Part shown: piece by piece, positions 28,385 to 36,621 of the stretch
Layout: every line of letters begins with the position of its first letter
Numbering within the stretch: the stretch's first letter is position 1
NCBI GenBank assembly: GCA_963777315.1
Contig: CAVZQC010000002.1
Coordinates: 608,001-672,000, forward strand
Direction of reading: 5' to 3'
Origin: Vulcanimicrobiota bacterium
GTDB lineage: Bacteria; Vulcanimicrobiota; Vulcanimicrobiia; Vulcanimicrobiales; Vulcanimicrobiaceae
DNA length: 64,000 nt
The notes under the pieces: generated by a model
Databases searched by the model: none
What the model saw: only the letters and a program-made list of their open reading frames with translations
Told to the model about the DNA's origin: nothing
Made by a program: the position numbers and the translations under genes

Positions 28385-29136
28385 GCGTTGATCTTGAGCA
28401 TTCGCGAGAGCGTGAAGATGCCCAGAGCCTCGAGCACGGCGACGATGACCAGCGCGAGGTGTCCGGGCGGGGTAAACCACAGCGCGTGCCCCATCGACGG
28501 TTCGGTGATCGAAATGAAGCCCGATAAAAACGGCGGGAGCGCGGACAGAATGCCGGCGCTGGCACGGCCTTCGGCGGTGAGCGCACTGATCTTGCGCGCG
28601 ATCCGCCGGCGCTCTTTGATCGTATTGGCCAAGCTGTCCAGAATCGATCCCAGGTCGCCGCCGGTCTGCGACTGTATGCGTATGGCACGGGCCATCATCA
28701 TCGTTTCATTGCACGGCATGCGTTTGGCCAACGTGTCGAGCGCGTCGTAGACGCTCACGCCGATGTTCGTCTGGCCGACCACGCGCATGTATTCGTATTT
28801 GGCCGGATCCGGCATCTCTTCGATGACCATTGCGAGCGCTTGACGCAAACCCAAACCGATGCGCACGCCGCTGCCGATCAGGCGCAGCGCCATCTCGAGC
28901 TGCTGCACGAACGTGTCCAGCCGTTTGCGCACTTTCATCGTGATGAACAACCGGCATCCGCCCAGCGCCGCGCCGGCGCACAGCGGCAGCAGCACTGCGG
29001 CAATCAGCGGCCCCGGGCGCAGCACCGCCCAAAGAGCCATCCACAGCAGTCCGGCCGCCGCGACGGCAGCGTAGAGCACCTCTTGCGGACGCGCGTGGAT
29101 GCCTGCGCGATCCAACAGCGCATTGCCGGCTACCAC
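28381..29136 (-). CDS. tadB: Tad pilus inner-membrane platform protein TadB
   Basis: FVQQL..AL.L...VRIGLGL, IQSQTGGDL..ILD, LTAEGRASA.IL..LP. Confidence 0.88.
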   Translation of the reverse strand: MVAGNALLDRAGIHARPQEVLYAAVAAAGLLWMALWAVLRPGPLIAAVLLPLCAGAALGGCRLFITMKVRKRLDTFVQQLEMALRLIGSGVRIGLGLRQALAMVIEEMPDPAKYEYMRVVGQTNIGVSVYDALDTLAKRMPCNETMMMARAIRIQSQTGGDLGSILDSLANTIKERRRIARKISALTAEGRASAGILSALPPFLSGFISITEPSMGHALWFTPPGHLALVIVAVLEALGIFTLSRMLKINA

Positions 29137-31223
29137 AGCGCACCGGCTGATGCCAGCGAAGAGAGCTTTCGCACGTCATACGCGACGCCGCACTCGTCGA
29201 AACGCACCAAGCACTGCGGCTGCACGCCGGTGTATTGGTATTCACCGCAAACCGAGTTGTCGAGTTCGACGCCGTGCTGCGCGTAGCGCACGATCTCCTG
29301 CATCGTTACGACGTCGGCTTCCATGCCGACGACCTCGCTAATCGAAACGATCTTTCGGCTCCCGTCGCGCATGCGCGCGGTCTGGATAATCAGGTCGACG
29401 GCGCTGGCAATCTGCTCGCGAATCGCTCGCACGGGCAAGTCGAAGCCCGCCATCATCACCATCGTTTCCAGTCGCGAAAGCGCGTCGCGCGGCGTGTTGG
29501 CATGGGCGGTGGTCAGCGAACCATCGTGTCCGGTATTCATCGCCTGCAGCATGTCCAGCGCCTCGCCGCCGCGGCATTCCCCAACGACGACGCGATCGGG
29601 CCGCATGCGCAGCGAATTCCGTACGAGATCTCGAATCTTGATTTCGCCGCGCCCTTCCAGATTGGCCGGCCGGGTTTCCAGCCGCACGACGTGGGGTTGG
29701 TTCAGGCTGAGTTCGGCCGCATCTTCGATCGTCACGATCCGTTCGCGAGCCGGAATGTAACTCGACAGAATGTTCAGGAACGTCGTTTTGCCGGATCCCG
29801 TTCCGCCGCTGATCACGATGTTCAAACGCGCTTCGATGCAGGCGCGCAAAAAGTCCAGCATCTCCGGCGTCGCCGATCCTTTTTCCAACAGGTCCTGCGC
29901 GGTAAGCCGGCGCGTGCCGAAGCGGCGAATCGTCAGCGCGGCGCCGTCGATGGCCAGCGGTTCGATGATCGCGTTGACGCGCGAGCCGTCCGGCAAGCGT
30001 GCGTCGACCATCGGCGCGGATTCATCCAGACGGCGGCCCAGCGGGGCGATGATGCGCTCGATTACCAAGCGCAGCTGCTGTTCGCCGGCGAACCGCTTGG
30101 CGGTCAGTTCGATCTTTCCGCGGCGTTCGACGTACACGGTTTTTGGCCCATTGACCATCACTTCGGTCACCGAAGGGTCGCGCATGAGATCTTCGAGCGG
30201 TCCCAGCCCCAGCGATTCATTGACGATCTCTTCCTTGATGAGCGCGATGCCCTCGGCGCTGAGTTCGTGCTGGTGGGTCTCGCTGAGCACTTGTGCGGCA
30301 GCTTCTTCGATCTTCGAACGCAGTTCGGCCAGCTTTGCCGAGTCGGTATGCGCGGCGCTGGCTTCGACCAGGTTGACTTTGCTCGAGAGCGTTTCGTGAA
30401 TCTGCGCTTTGAGCCGCTCTCTGGGGTCAGTGGAAGCGCTGTCGGCGTGCGCGCGACCGCCTGACAGTCGCGCTTCCTCCTGCATCGAATTGCGCGAGCG
30501 CATCGCCGAGCGCGGCTCGACGCGGCGGTCTTGGATGAAGCCTTTGGCCGAGGGCAGCAGCGATTCGATCGGCGGTTCGCATGCGATGGAGCAGATCGTC
30601 TTGGCCAATGCGGCGACGGCTTTGAGGTAAGCGCGATCGGAGGCGATCGGCAGCTCGCCGATGGCTGCGACTTCCAGCGCGCGTTCGATCTCGTGCCGAG
30701 ACATCGCGGCATTGCCGGCGCGGCAGTTCGTCAGCAGGACGATTCGCGTTATCGGCACGCCGAATTTTTTGAGCTCGGCAATCATGGTGCGCGCCGAAGC
30801 TATCCCCAGCAGCGTCGGCTCGGCCACGACGACGAAGCGCGACGCGCGAACGATGAACGGCCGCACGGGTGCGGCGAACGGGATCGGAACGTCGAGCAGG
30901 ATTCGATCCGCCGCGTCGAGCGTCGCCGCAAGCGTCTGCACGCGATCGAAATCGATCGTGAAGGCGGCATCGTACGCGGGCGCGAGCTCGGCCAGCGTCA
31001 GCTCCGCCACGTCGACTGTGCCGATCGTCGAGTCTTCGCGTGATGCGTCGAGCGCGCGCAGGGCGTTGAACACAATCGCCAAGTTGCGCCGGCCGGAAAG
31101 ATCTCCGTCGACGATTGCGGTCTTGGCGCCGCGGGCGCGAATCGCTTTGCCGAGTTCGGCGCAAATCGTGGTCGCGCCTGAGCCGCCCTTGGCGTTGACG
31201 AAGGCGAACGCCGCAGCGCTCAT
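29130..31223 (-). CDS. cpaF: Fused CpaE/TadZ-like (MinD/ParA-fold) + CpaF/TadA assembly ATPase
   Basis: N-terminal deviant Walker A AKGGSGATT, VDGDL, LLDVP; C-terminal GLGPLEDL, DARLPDGSRVN, GGTGSGKTT, LRMRPDRVVVGECRG, MNTGHDGS..T.HAN. Confidence 0.9.
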   Translation of the reverse strand: MSAAAFAFVNAKGGSGATTICAELGKAIRARGAKTAIVDGDLSGRRNLAIVFNALRALDASREDSTIGTVDVAELTLAELAPAYDAAFTIDFDRVQTLAATLDAADRILLDVPIPFAAPVRPFIVRASRFVVVAEPTLLGIASARTMIAELKKFGVPITRIVLLTNCRAGNAAMSRHEIERALEVAAIGELPIASDRAYLKAVAALAKTICSIACEPPIESLLPSAKGFIQDRRVEPRSAMRSRNSMQEEARLSGGRAHADSASTDPRERLKAQIHETLSSKVNLVEASAAHTDSAKLAELRSKIEEAAAQVLSETHQHELSAEGIALIKEEIVNESLGLGPLEDLMRDPSVTEVMVNGPKTVYVERRGKIELTAKRFAGEQQLRLVIERIIAPLGRRLDESAPMVDARLPDGSRVNAIIEPLAIDGAALTIRRFGTRRLTAQDLLEKGSATPEMLDFLRACIEARLNIVISGGTGSGKTTFLNILSSYIPARERIVTIEDAAELSLNQPHVVRLETRPANLEGRGEIKIRDLVRNSLRMRPDRVVVGECRGGEALDMLQAMNTGHDGSLTTAHANTPRDALSRLETMVMMAGFDLPVRAIREQIASAVDLIIQTARMRDGSRKIVSISEVVGMEADVVTMQEIVRYAQHGVELDNSVCGEYQYTGVQPQCLVRFDECGVAYDVRKLSSLASAGALW

Positions 31224-32119
31224 TGCCGGGTGGATGCGCTTGCGTACCGGTCGCCGTCGATCACGACGACCGCAGAATTCGGATGGACTATCGCCGGCCG
31301 TGGATCCGCGGCGCGCGCCGAAGAGCCGCCCAGGGCTTTGAGCAGCGCCACGTCGGCCGCCGCGGAGCTTTGCGCGGGTGCGGCCGCGGGCGCAGAAGGA
31401 GCGGCGCCATTGTCAAAGTGCAGCGTTTGCGCCGGTTGCGAATCGATCGGCTCCTTGGGCGAGCGCAGCGCAAGCCGAAGCGTCGTGTTCAAATCGGCCA
31501 TAACCAAAAGATCCGCCTGCTGCGGGGTAACTTCGAGCGTGACGGTGCTGGCGTTGGCTTCCTGCGGCGACGGCGTTGCCGACGTATATTCCAATGAATC
31601 ACCGATCGCCAGGACGCGCACGCCGCGCAAAATTGCGACGGCGGCGGGAGGCGCCGCGCCGGTTCGAGGCGGCTGGGAGATGACGTCGACGCGATCGCCC
31701 GGCTGAACCAATCCCGAAATGCCTTTGACTTTATCGATCTCCACACTGATCGCGCGCATCCCGGGCGTCAAACGTACCGTCAAGCCCACGTCGGAAGGAT
31801 GACCGATCATTGCCGAGGTCAAGCTCGCGCCGGCGGGTATCGTGATCAGCGAGAGCGCGCCCAGAGTCTGCTTGGGATCCGTGATCGCATTGGGGTCCAC
31901 CGCCGTAATCGGACGCGTTACGCGTGAGAGCATCGCCGCCGTGATGGGAACGCGCGCGGGAATCTCCGCTGCTGCGACGATAACCTGCACGGGCGCGCTG
32001 TCGGCATTGCTGCGCCGCTGCAGACCGGAAAGATAGCTCAGCGTGAGCCATCCCGTGGCGAGCGCCAAAACGACGGCTATCGCTAAGGTCGTGCGACGCG
32101 CGTGCAGTGTACCGACCAT
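31220..32119 (-). CDS. cpaB: Flp pilus assembly protein CpaB/RcpC
   Basis: N-terminal TM, SAF domain VIVAAAEIPA, PGMRAISV, SGLVQPGDRVDVI, VRVLAIG, VTLEVTPQQA..L; GAGGAGG SD before ATG 32119. Confidence 0.9.
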   Translation of the reverse strand: MVGTLHARRTTLAIAVVLALATGWLTLSYLSGLQRRSNADSAPVQVIVAAAEIPARVPITAAMLSRVTRPITAVDPNAITDPKQTLGALSLITIPAGASLTSAMIGHPSDVGLTVRLTPGMRAISVEIDKVKGISGLVQPGDRVDVISQPPRTGAAPPAAVAILRGVRVLAIGDSLEYTSATPSPQEANASTVTLEVTPQQADLLVMADLNTTLRLALRSPKEPIDSQPAQTLHFDNGAAPSAPAAAPAQSSAAADVALLKALGGSSARAADPRPAIVHPNSAVVVIDGDRYASASTRQ

Positions 32120-32143
32120 AGCGCCTCCTCTGCGCGGATCTCC

Positions 32144-32192
32144 ACCGTTTACGCCGCGGCTGGTGGGGAAGGCCGGTCGCGGCGTAAGCGGT
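32144..32192 (+). other. 20-bp stem-loop in the divergent cpaB/secretin intergenic region
   Basis: ACCGTTTACGCCGCGGCTGG / loop TGGGGAAGG / CCGGTCGCGGCGTAAGCGGT; three G-U pairs that form only on the + strand. Confidence 0.7.
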
Positions 32193-32318
32193 TTATGTGT
32201 CCTCTCGGTGGATGCATCATGCCATCGCTCGCCCGGTTTGCGCAAGACGAAACGCCGTGATTGTACGCTTTTATGACAGAACGTCTATTGCTTGTTGACG
32301 TGTTAACGTATCCGCGCG

Positions 32319-32327
32319 TGGCATAAT
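32319..32327 (+). promoter_or_regulatory. Putative extended -10 promoter (TGnCATAAT) for the secretin operon
   Basis: TGGCATAAT about 32 nt upstream of ATG 32360, which has a GGAGG SD; surrounding sequence is locally AT-richer. Confidence 0.5.
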
Positions 32328-32359
32328 AGCAGCAAGGAACCGTTCGGAGGCATTCTTTT

Positions 32360-33775
32360 ATGCGGCTTCGGCTCGCTGTTTTGCTCGCTGCCTGCGTACT
32401 GGCCGCTGCGGCCGGTGCGCCTCTACAGGTCCGCTGCGCCGAAACCGTGGCGCTGCTGGCAGTGCAGTCCGGACACTCGGTGCTGCTGCAGACGCCCGGA
32501 CTTACCCGCGTTGCCGTGGGCGACGGCCGAATCGCGGGCGTTCTTCCGATCGGTACGTCACAGCTCGTGATCAACGCCAAAGCTCCGGGGCACACGACGG
32601 TTTTCGTTTGGGAAAGCGGACGGCGCGCAACCTATGAGATCACGGTGAGCGAGCAGAGCATGGACGATCTCGCCCAGATGCTGCGCAGCTCGATCGACGA
32701 GCCGTCCGTGCAGATCGTCAGCTTTCGCGACTCGGTCGTCGTGCGCGGCACCGTCGCGGACGGAGCGCACTTCACCGCGCTCGACGACGTGCTCAACCGG
32801 TTCGAGCAATACGCGAAAAAGCAGAGCTACACGATCGTCAACGCGGTGACGGTCGCGCATCCATTGGGAGATCTGCAGCGCGATCTGGCCAGCCTTCCGG
32901 GCGCGAACGACATCCGCGTCGATCCCGACGGCAAAGGCAACGTGATCGTCAGCGGGCACGTCCACGATTTGGTCACCGCGCAGGCGATCCTGGAGCGGGC
33001 CAAAGGCTTGGCCGGAGCATATCTCTCGGCGCAAGGCCAATTGCTCGATCGCATCAGCACCGACACGCACACGCAGATCGACATAAAGGTGTACGTTCTC
33101 GAAGTCGACCGCACGGCGCAAAAGAATTTGGGCGTACAGCTGCAATCGGCGGTGTTCCATCCGGACGGCACGTACTCGATTGCTTCGCCGCTCTTTCCGG
33201 TGGTCGAAAATCCCGGGCCGCCGGGTTCCGGTCTCAAAGTGGGCGCATTTTTCCGCACCGTAACGCTCGCGCCTACGCTCAATTTGCTCATTCAGCAGGG
33301 GCATGCGCGGGTGCTCTCGTCCCCCGACTTGGTGACCACTCCCGGAAACAAGGCAACGTTTCTCGTCGGCGGCCAAGTGCCGATTCCGTTCGCCACGGGG
33401 CTCGGACAAGTGAGCATTATCTACAAGGAATTCGGCGTGCAGCTCAACGTCACGCCGCAGCTGCTCGGCGACGGATCGGTAGAGGCGGACATCGAGCCGG
33501 ACATATCGGACCTCGATTTTCAAGACGGCGTCAATCAGAACGGCTTTTTGGTGCCGGCGCTCAAGGAGAGCCGGCTGGCAACCAACGTCATCACGCAGCC
33601 CGGTGAATCGATCATCATGGGCGGCATGGTACGGCACGTCGAGCAGCGCGTCTTGACCAAGCTGCCCGTGCTCAGCGACATACCGATTTTGGGCAAGCTC
33701 TTTACGTCGACCAGTTACCAAAACGATCGGTCGGATGTCGTGTTCATCATGACGCCGGAAGTGCTGACGCACTGA
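32360..33775 (+). CDS. cpaC: Tad secretin RcpA/CpaC with BON-like domains
   Basis: Signal peptide; RVAVGDGRIA..INAKAPGHT; two BON-like segments (VVVRGTV, VIVSGHV); secretin core ARVLSSPDL, FLVGGQVPIP, KEFGVQL.VTP, LPVLSDIPILGKLF. Confidence 0.9.
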   Translation: MRLRLAVLLAACVLAAAAGAPLQVRCAETVALLAVQSGHSVLLQTPGLTRVAVGDGRIAGVLPIGTSQLVINAKAPGHTTVFVWESGRRATYEITVSEQSMDDLAQMLRSSIDEPSVQIVSFRDSVVVRGTVADGAHFTALDDVLNRFEQYAKKQSYTIVNAVTVAHPLGDLQRDLASLPGANDIRVDPDGKGNVIVSGHVHDLVTAQAILERAKGLAGAYLSAQGQLLDRISTDTHTQIDIKVYVLEVDRTAQKNLGVQLQSAVFHPDGTYSIASPLFPVVENPGPPGSGLKVGAFFRTVTLAPTLNLLIQQGHARVLSSPDLVTTPGNKATFLVGGQVPIPFATGLGQVSIIYKEFGVQLNVTPQLLGDGSVEADIEPDISDLDFQDGVNQNGFLVPALKESRLATNVITQPGESIIMGGMVRHVEQRVLTKLPVLSDIPILGKLFTSTSYQNDRSDVVFIMTPEVLTH

Positions 33776-33963
33776 TGCTGCGCGCGGCTGCGGCGATGCT
33801 GTGCGACGAATCGGCGAGCACGCTGGTCGAATACGGCTTGATCGTGGCGCTGTGTTCGGCCGGCGCGACGATCGTGCTTCTCGGAATCGCGGCGAGCGCA
33901 AACGGCTTGCTCGCGAGCGTTTCGTCCAACATGCAGTCGTTCCAGACTGCGCCGCCGCCGTAG
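33775..33963 (+). CDS. Flp-family pilin-like protein
   Basis: 62 aa, DESASTLVEYGLIVAL with Flp E5/Y6 and a hydrophobic helix; Ala in place of Gly at -1. Confidence 0.75.
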   Translation: MLRAAAAMLCDESASTLVEYGLIVALCSAGATIVLLGIAASANGLLASVSSNMQSFQTAPPP

Positions 33964-33968
33964 CCTGC

Positions 33969-34925
33969 GTGCCCTGCGTCGCGACGCGCGGTGCCGCTTT
34001 GGTGGAAACTGCGCTCACTCTGGGCTTTACGATGCTGATGGTGCTCGGAGCGGTGCAGATCGCCGCGATGGGCTTTTATCAGATGGAGCTCGACGGTGCG
34101 ACCTTTTTCATGGCGCACAATTACTCGGCCGGCTCGACGAATCTGAGCAGCCTGGACGCAGCCCTCGCGCCGGTGTTCCCGAACGTCAAACTCAACTTTA
34201 CGCCGGCTCCCGCGAGCCCGCCGCTCACGAACGTTCCGGTGAATTTCACCCAATGGGGAAACCTGAAAAACCGATTCGGCGGCGCCTCGCTGCTTCGGCC
34301 GCAGCGCATACAAGTGTCCTCGTCGATGAACCTGAACTGGCTCTCGGTGCTGGGCAAAAGCGTCACGCTCAGCAGCGGCAGCGTCGATGGGAAATCGATG
34401 ATCGGCAATCACGACGACGACGCGCAGGGCGTCGCGTACGATTCGAGCGCGGCTTACAGCACGCTCGAAGAGCCGCTCACCGGCGACGATCAGAACGTGC
34501 CGCCGTACTACCTGAATTTGGCGTTCATTTGGTACTGCGGCGACGCGATTCCGTGGGGACCCACGTGTGCCAATCGCACGCTGCGGGCGCTGGGTCTTGG
34601 CGAGTACCTCAAAAACGACAACTACAAGGCGCTGCAGAACGGGGTCGGACCGGACGGAGTGTTTCAGACCGCCGCATGTCATCAGCGCATCTACGCCGAT
34701 TTGGCCGCCGCGTTTCCGGCGACGATGCCGGCGTATGCCTCAGGGGGCAACTACGACTGGGCCGGCGGTCCGTCGTCGGTGTCCGCCTGGAACGGAGCTT
34801 CGTTTAAACTGGTGTACGGCTGGGACTACATGCCGGTTCGCGGCGAAAACGGCAGCTCGACGCCGGGGCGATTGTATCCGGTGAACGTGACGTCGGGATG
34901 CGGGGCGGGCGCACCGGGCGCATGA
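33969..34925 (+). CDS. TadE-like pseudopilin with large C-terminal domain
   Basis: RGAALVETALTLGFTMLMVLGAVQ class III signal; GTG 33969 inferred. Confidence 0.7.
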   Translation: MPCVATRGAALVETALTLGFTMLMVLGAVQIAAMGFYQMELDGATFFMAHNYSAGSTNLSSLDAALAPVFPNVKLNFTPAPASPPLTNVPVNFTQWGNLKNRFGGASLLRPQRIQVSSSMNLNWLSVLGKSVTLSSGSVDGKSMIGNHDDDAQGVAYDSSAAYSTLEEPLTGDDQNVPPYYLNLAFIWYCGDAIPWGPTCANRTLRALGLGEYLKNDNYKALQNGVGPDGVFQTAACHQRIYADLAAAFPATMPAYASGGNYDWAGGPSSVSAWNGASFKLVYGWDYMPVRGENGSSTPGRLYPVNVTSGCGAGAPGA

Positions 34926-35974
34926 ACCATTCGCAGCGCGGGCAGACGCTGCCCATCTGGGCATTCGGTTCGCTTACCACTCTCGTGCTGCTGGCAATGG
35001 CTCTGAGCTTCGGCTCGACGCTGCGCTGGCAGATGCGGGCGCAGAACGCAGCGGATGCGGCGGCGCGCGGCATGCTGACCGTGCAAACGTCGCAGTGGAA
35101 TGAAACGATCGCGCAGCTGCACGCAGCCGCGGTCGAGGAATATCGCATTCGCTACATCATCAACGATTTGCTCGAGGTAATTTCCGGCAGCGGCGGCTGC
35201 GACTCCAAGCCCGGCGACGAGGGACCTGCCACGTGCACGGCGATCTATGCCTCGCTGCGGCAGAATTATCTGGACGCGCTCACGCGCTATACGAACGACA
35301 TAGCGCTGCTTCATCGCATCAGCTATCCGAGCCAGGAAGATCAAGTCGAAGCGATTGCGGCCGCGCTCACGCTCTATCAGCAAAATTGCGGAAAACCCAA
35401 CGGCGGCGACTGCGCGTTCAATTATTCGCTCGTGGGCTACCAGCCGCGTGCCGACAGTTACGTCGAAGACGTATACTCGGATTGCTGCGCCTTTGCCGTG
35501 GGCGGCGGAACGTCGGTCACGCCAAAACCGGATCTTTCACCGCTCGAATTGGAGATCGTGGCGTGCGCGAACGTGCAGCCGCTGCTTGGCTCGTTCTTCA
35601 AATTCACTCCGCAGACGTATCAAGCCGTCGGACGGGCCGCGGCAACGAGCATCATGAGCACGCAAGAGTTCATGTACGTGGGTTCGATTAACAATCCGGT
35701 TTCGGGGCAAGTGTTTCAGCCGTCGGAGTATCCCGATAGCACTGCCGGTACCTCCGTGTTCGGCAACGGCGATCCCAACTATCGCATCGATTTCGGCGGC
35801 AACCCGGACAACCCGTACAATCAAGGAAACCCGGCGGTTTCCGACGGCAAGTGGGGCTTTACGTACACGCCGCGCGATCAAGGCATTCTGGAAGCAACGG
35901 GATGGTGGCAAGCAATGGCGATCAAGCCGTTCTCCGGTCAACTCAGCAGCGGAACGAGCTTCACGTGCAAATAG
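34922..35974 (+). CDS. TadG-like (Tad N-terminal domain) Cys-rich protein
   Basis: QRGQTLPIWAFGSL..TM..RAQNAADAAA; ATGA overlap with upstream gene. Confidence 0.72.
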   Translation: MNHSQRGQTLPIWAFGSLTTLVLLAMALSFGSTLRWQMRAQNAADAAARGMLTVQTSQWNETIAQLHAAAVEEYRIRYIINDLLEVISGSGGCDSKPGDEGPATCTAIYASLRQNYLDALTRYTNDIALLHRISYPSQEDQVEAIAAALTLYQQNCGKPNGGDCAFNYSLVGYQPRADSYVEDVYSDCCAFAVGGGTSVTPKPDLSPLELEIVACANVQPLLGSFFKFTPQTYQAVGRAAATSIMSTQEFMYVGSINNPVSGQVFQPSEYPDSTAGTSVFGNGDPNYRIDFGGNPDNPYNQGNPAVSDGKWGFTYTPRDQGILEATGWWQAMAIKPFSGQLSSGTSFTCK

Positions 35975-36621
35975 CCGCTGCGAACGCACAGCGCGGCGTG
36001 GCGATGATCGAGAGCGCGATTTTTCTGCCGCTCTTCTTACTGCTGCTCTTCGGCGTGATTTGGGCCGTGCAGTCCAGCGTGCAGAACGAGCGCGTCCAAA
36101 TCGCCGTTCGGTACAGCGGACTGGTTTCGAATGAAGCTGCGCCGTACGTCGGATACAGCACCTATGCGCTGTATAATGCGATCCGCTCGCCTTCGGTAAG
36201 CACCGCGTGCACGGCGCCGACCAGCGACGCGCTGACCAATTCGAACACCTTTCCCGGTCCTACCGCTCCTGCGTTTTGGTCGCCCGCCGGCACCACGAAC
36301 GGTACGTGCACCAAAGGCACCGCGGTGCTTTCCGGAGGCCAGCTGGATTCGCCGGTGCTGTTTTCGCAGACTTCGAGCAACATCTCGACGCAGGTGACGG
36401 TGCCCGGGCCGATGCAGGGTTCGCTCGGCTCCAATACGCAAACGCTCACCGCAAGCGAAAACTTCTTCGACACCCCGGACATCGGCACGCTGATGAGCTG
36501 CTATCCCGAACTCGACACGGCGGTCGGCGCTTCGCTGCAAAACACCGCGCAAAACGCGGTAACCGCTCCCACGCCTTTACCGGACTCCCCGGCAACCGAC
36601 GCACTCAAGGAGAGCTGCTGA
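35965..36621 (+). CDS. TadE-like pseudopilin
   Basis: QRGVAMIESAIFLPLFLLLLFGVI...AVRY; GTG 35965 inferred. Confidence 0.78.
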   Translation: MQIAAANAQRGVAMIESAIFLPLFLLLLFGVIWAVQSSVQNERVQIAVRYSGLVSNEAAPYVGYSTYALYNAIRSPSVSTACTAPTSDALTNSNTFPGPTAPAFWSPAGTTNGTCTKGTAVLSGGQLDSPVLFSQTSSNISTQVTVPGPMQGSLGSNTQTLTASENFFDTPDIGTLMSCYPELDTAVGASLQNTAQNAVTAPTPLPDSPATDALKESC

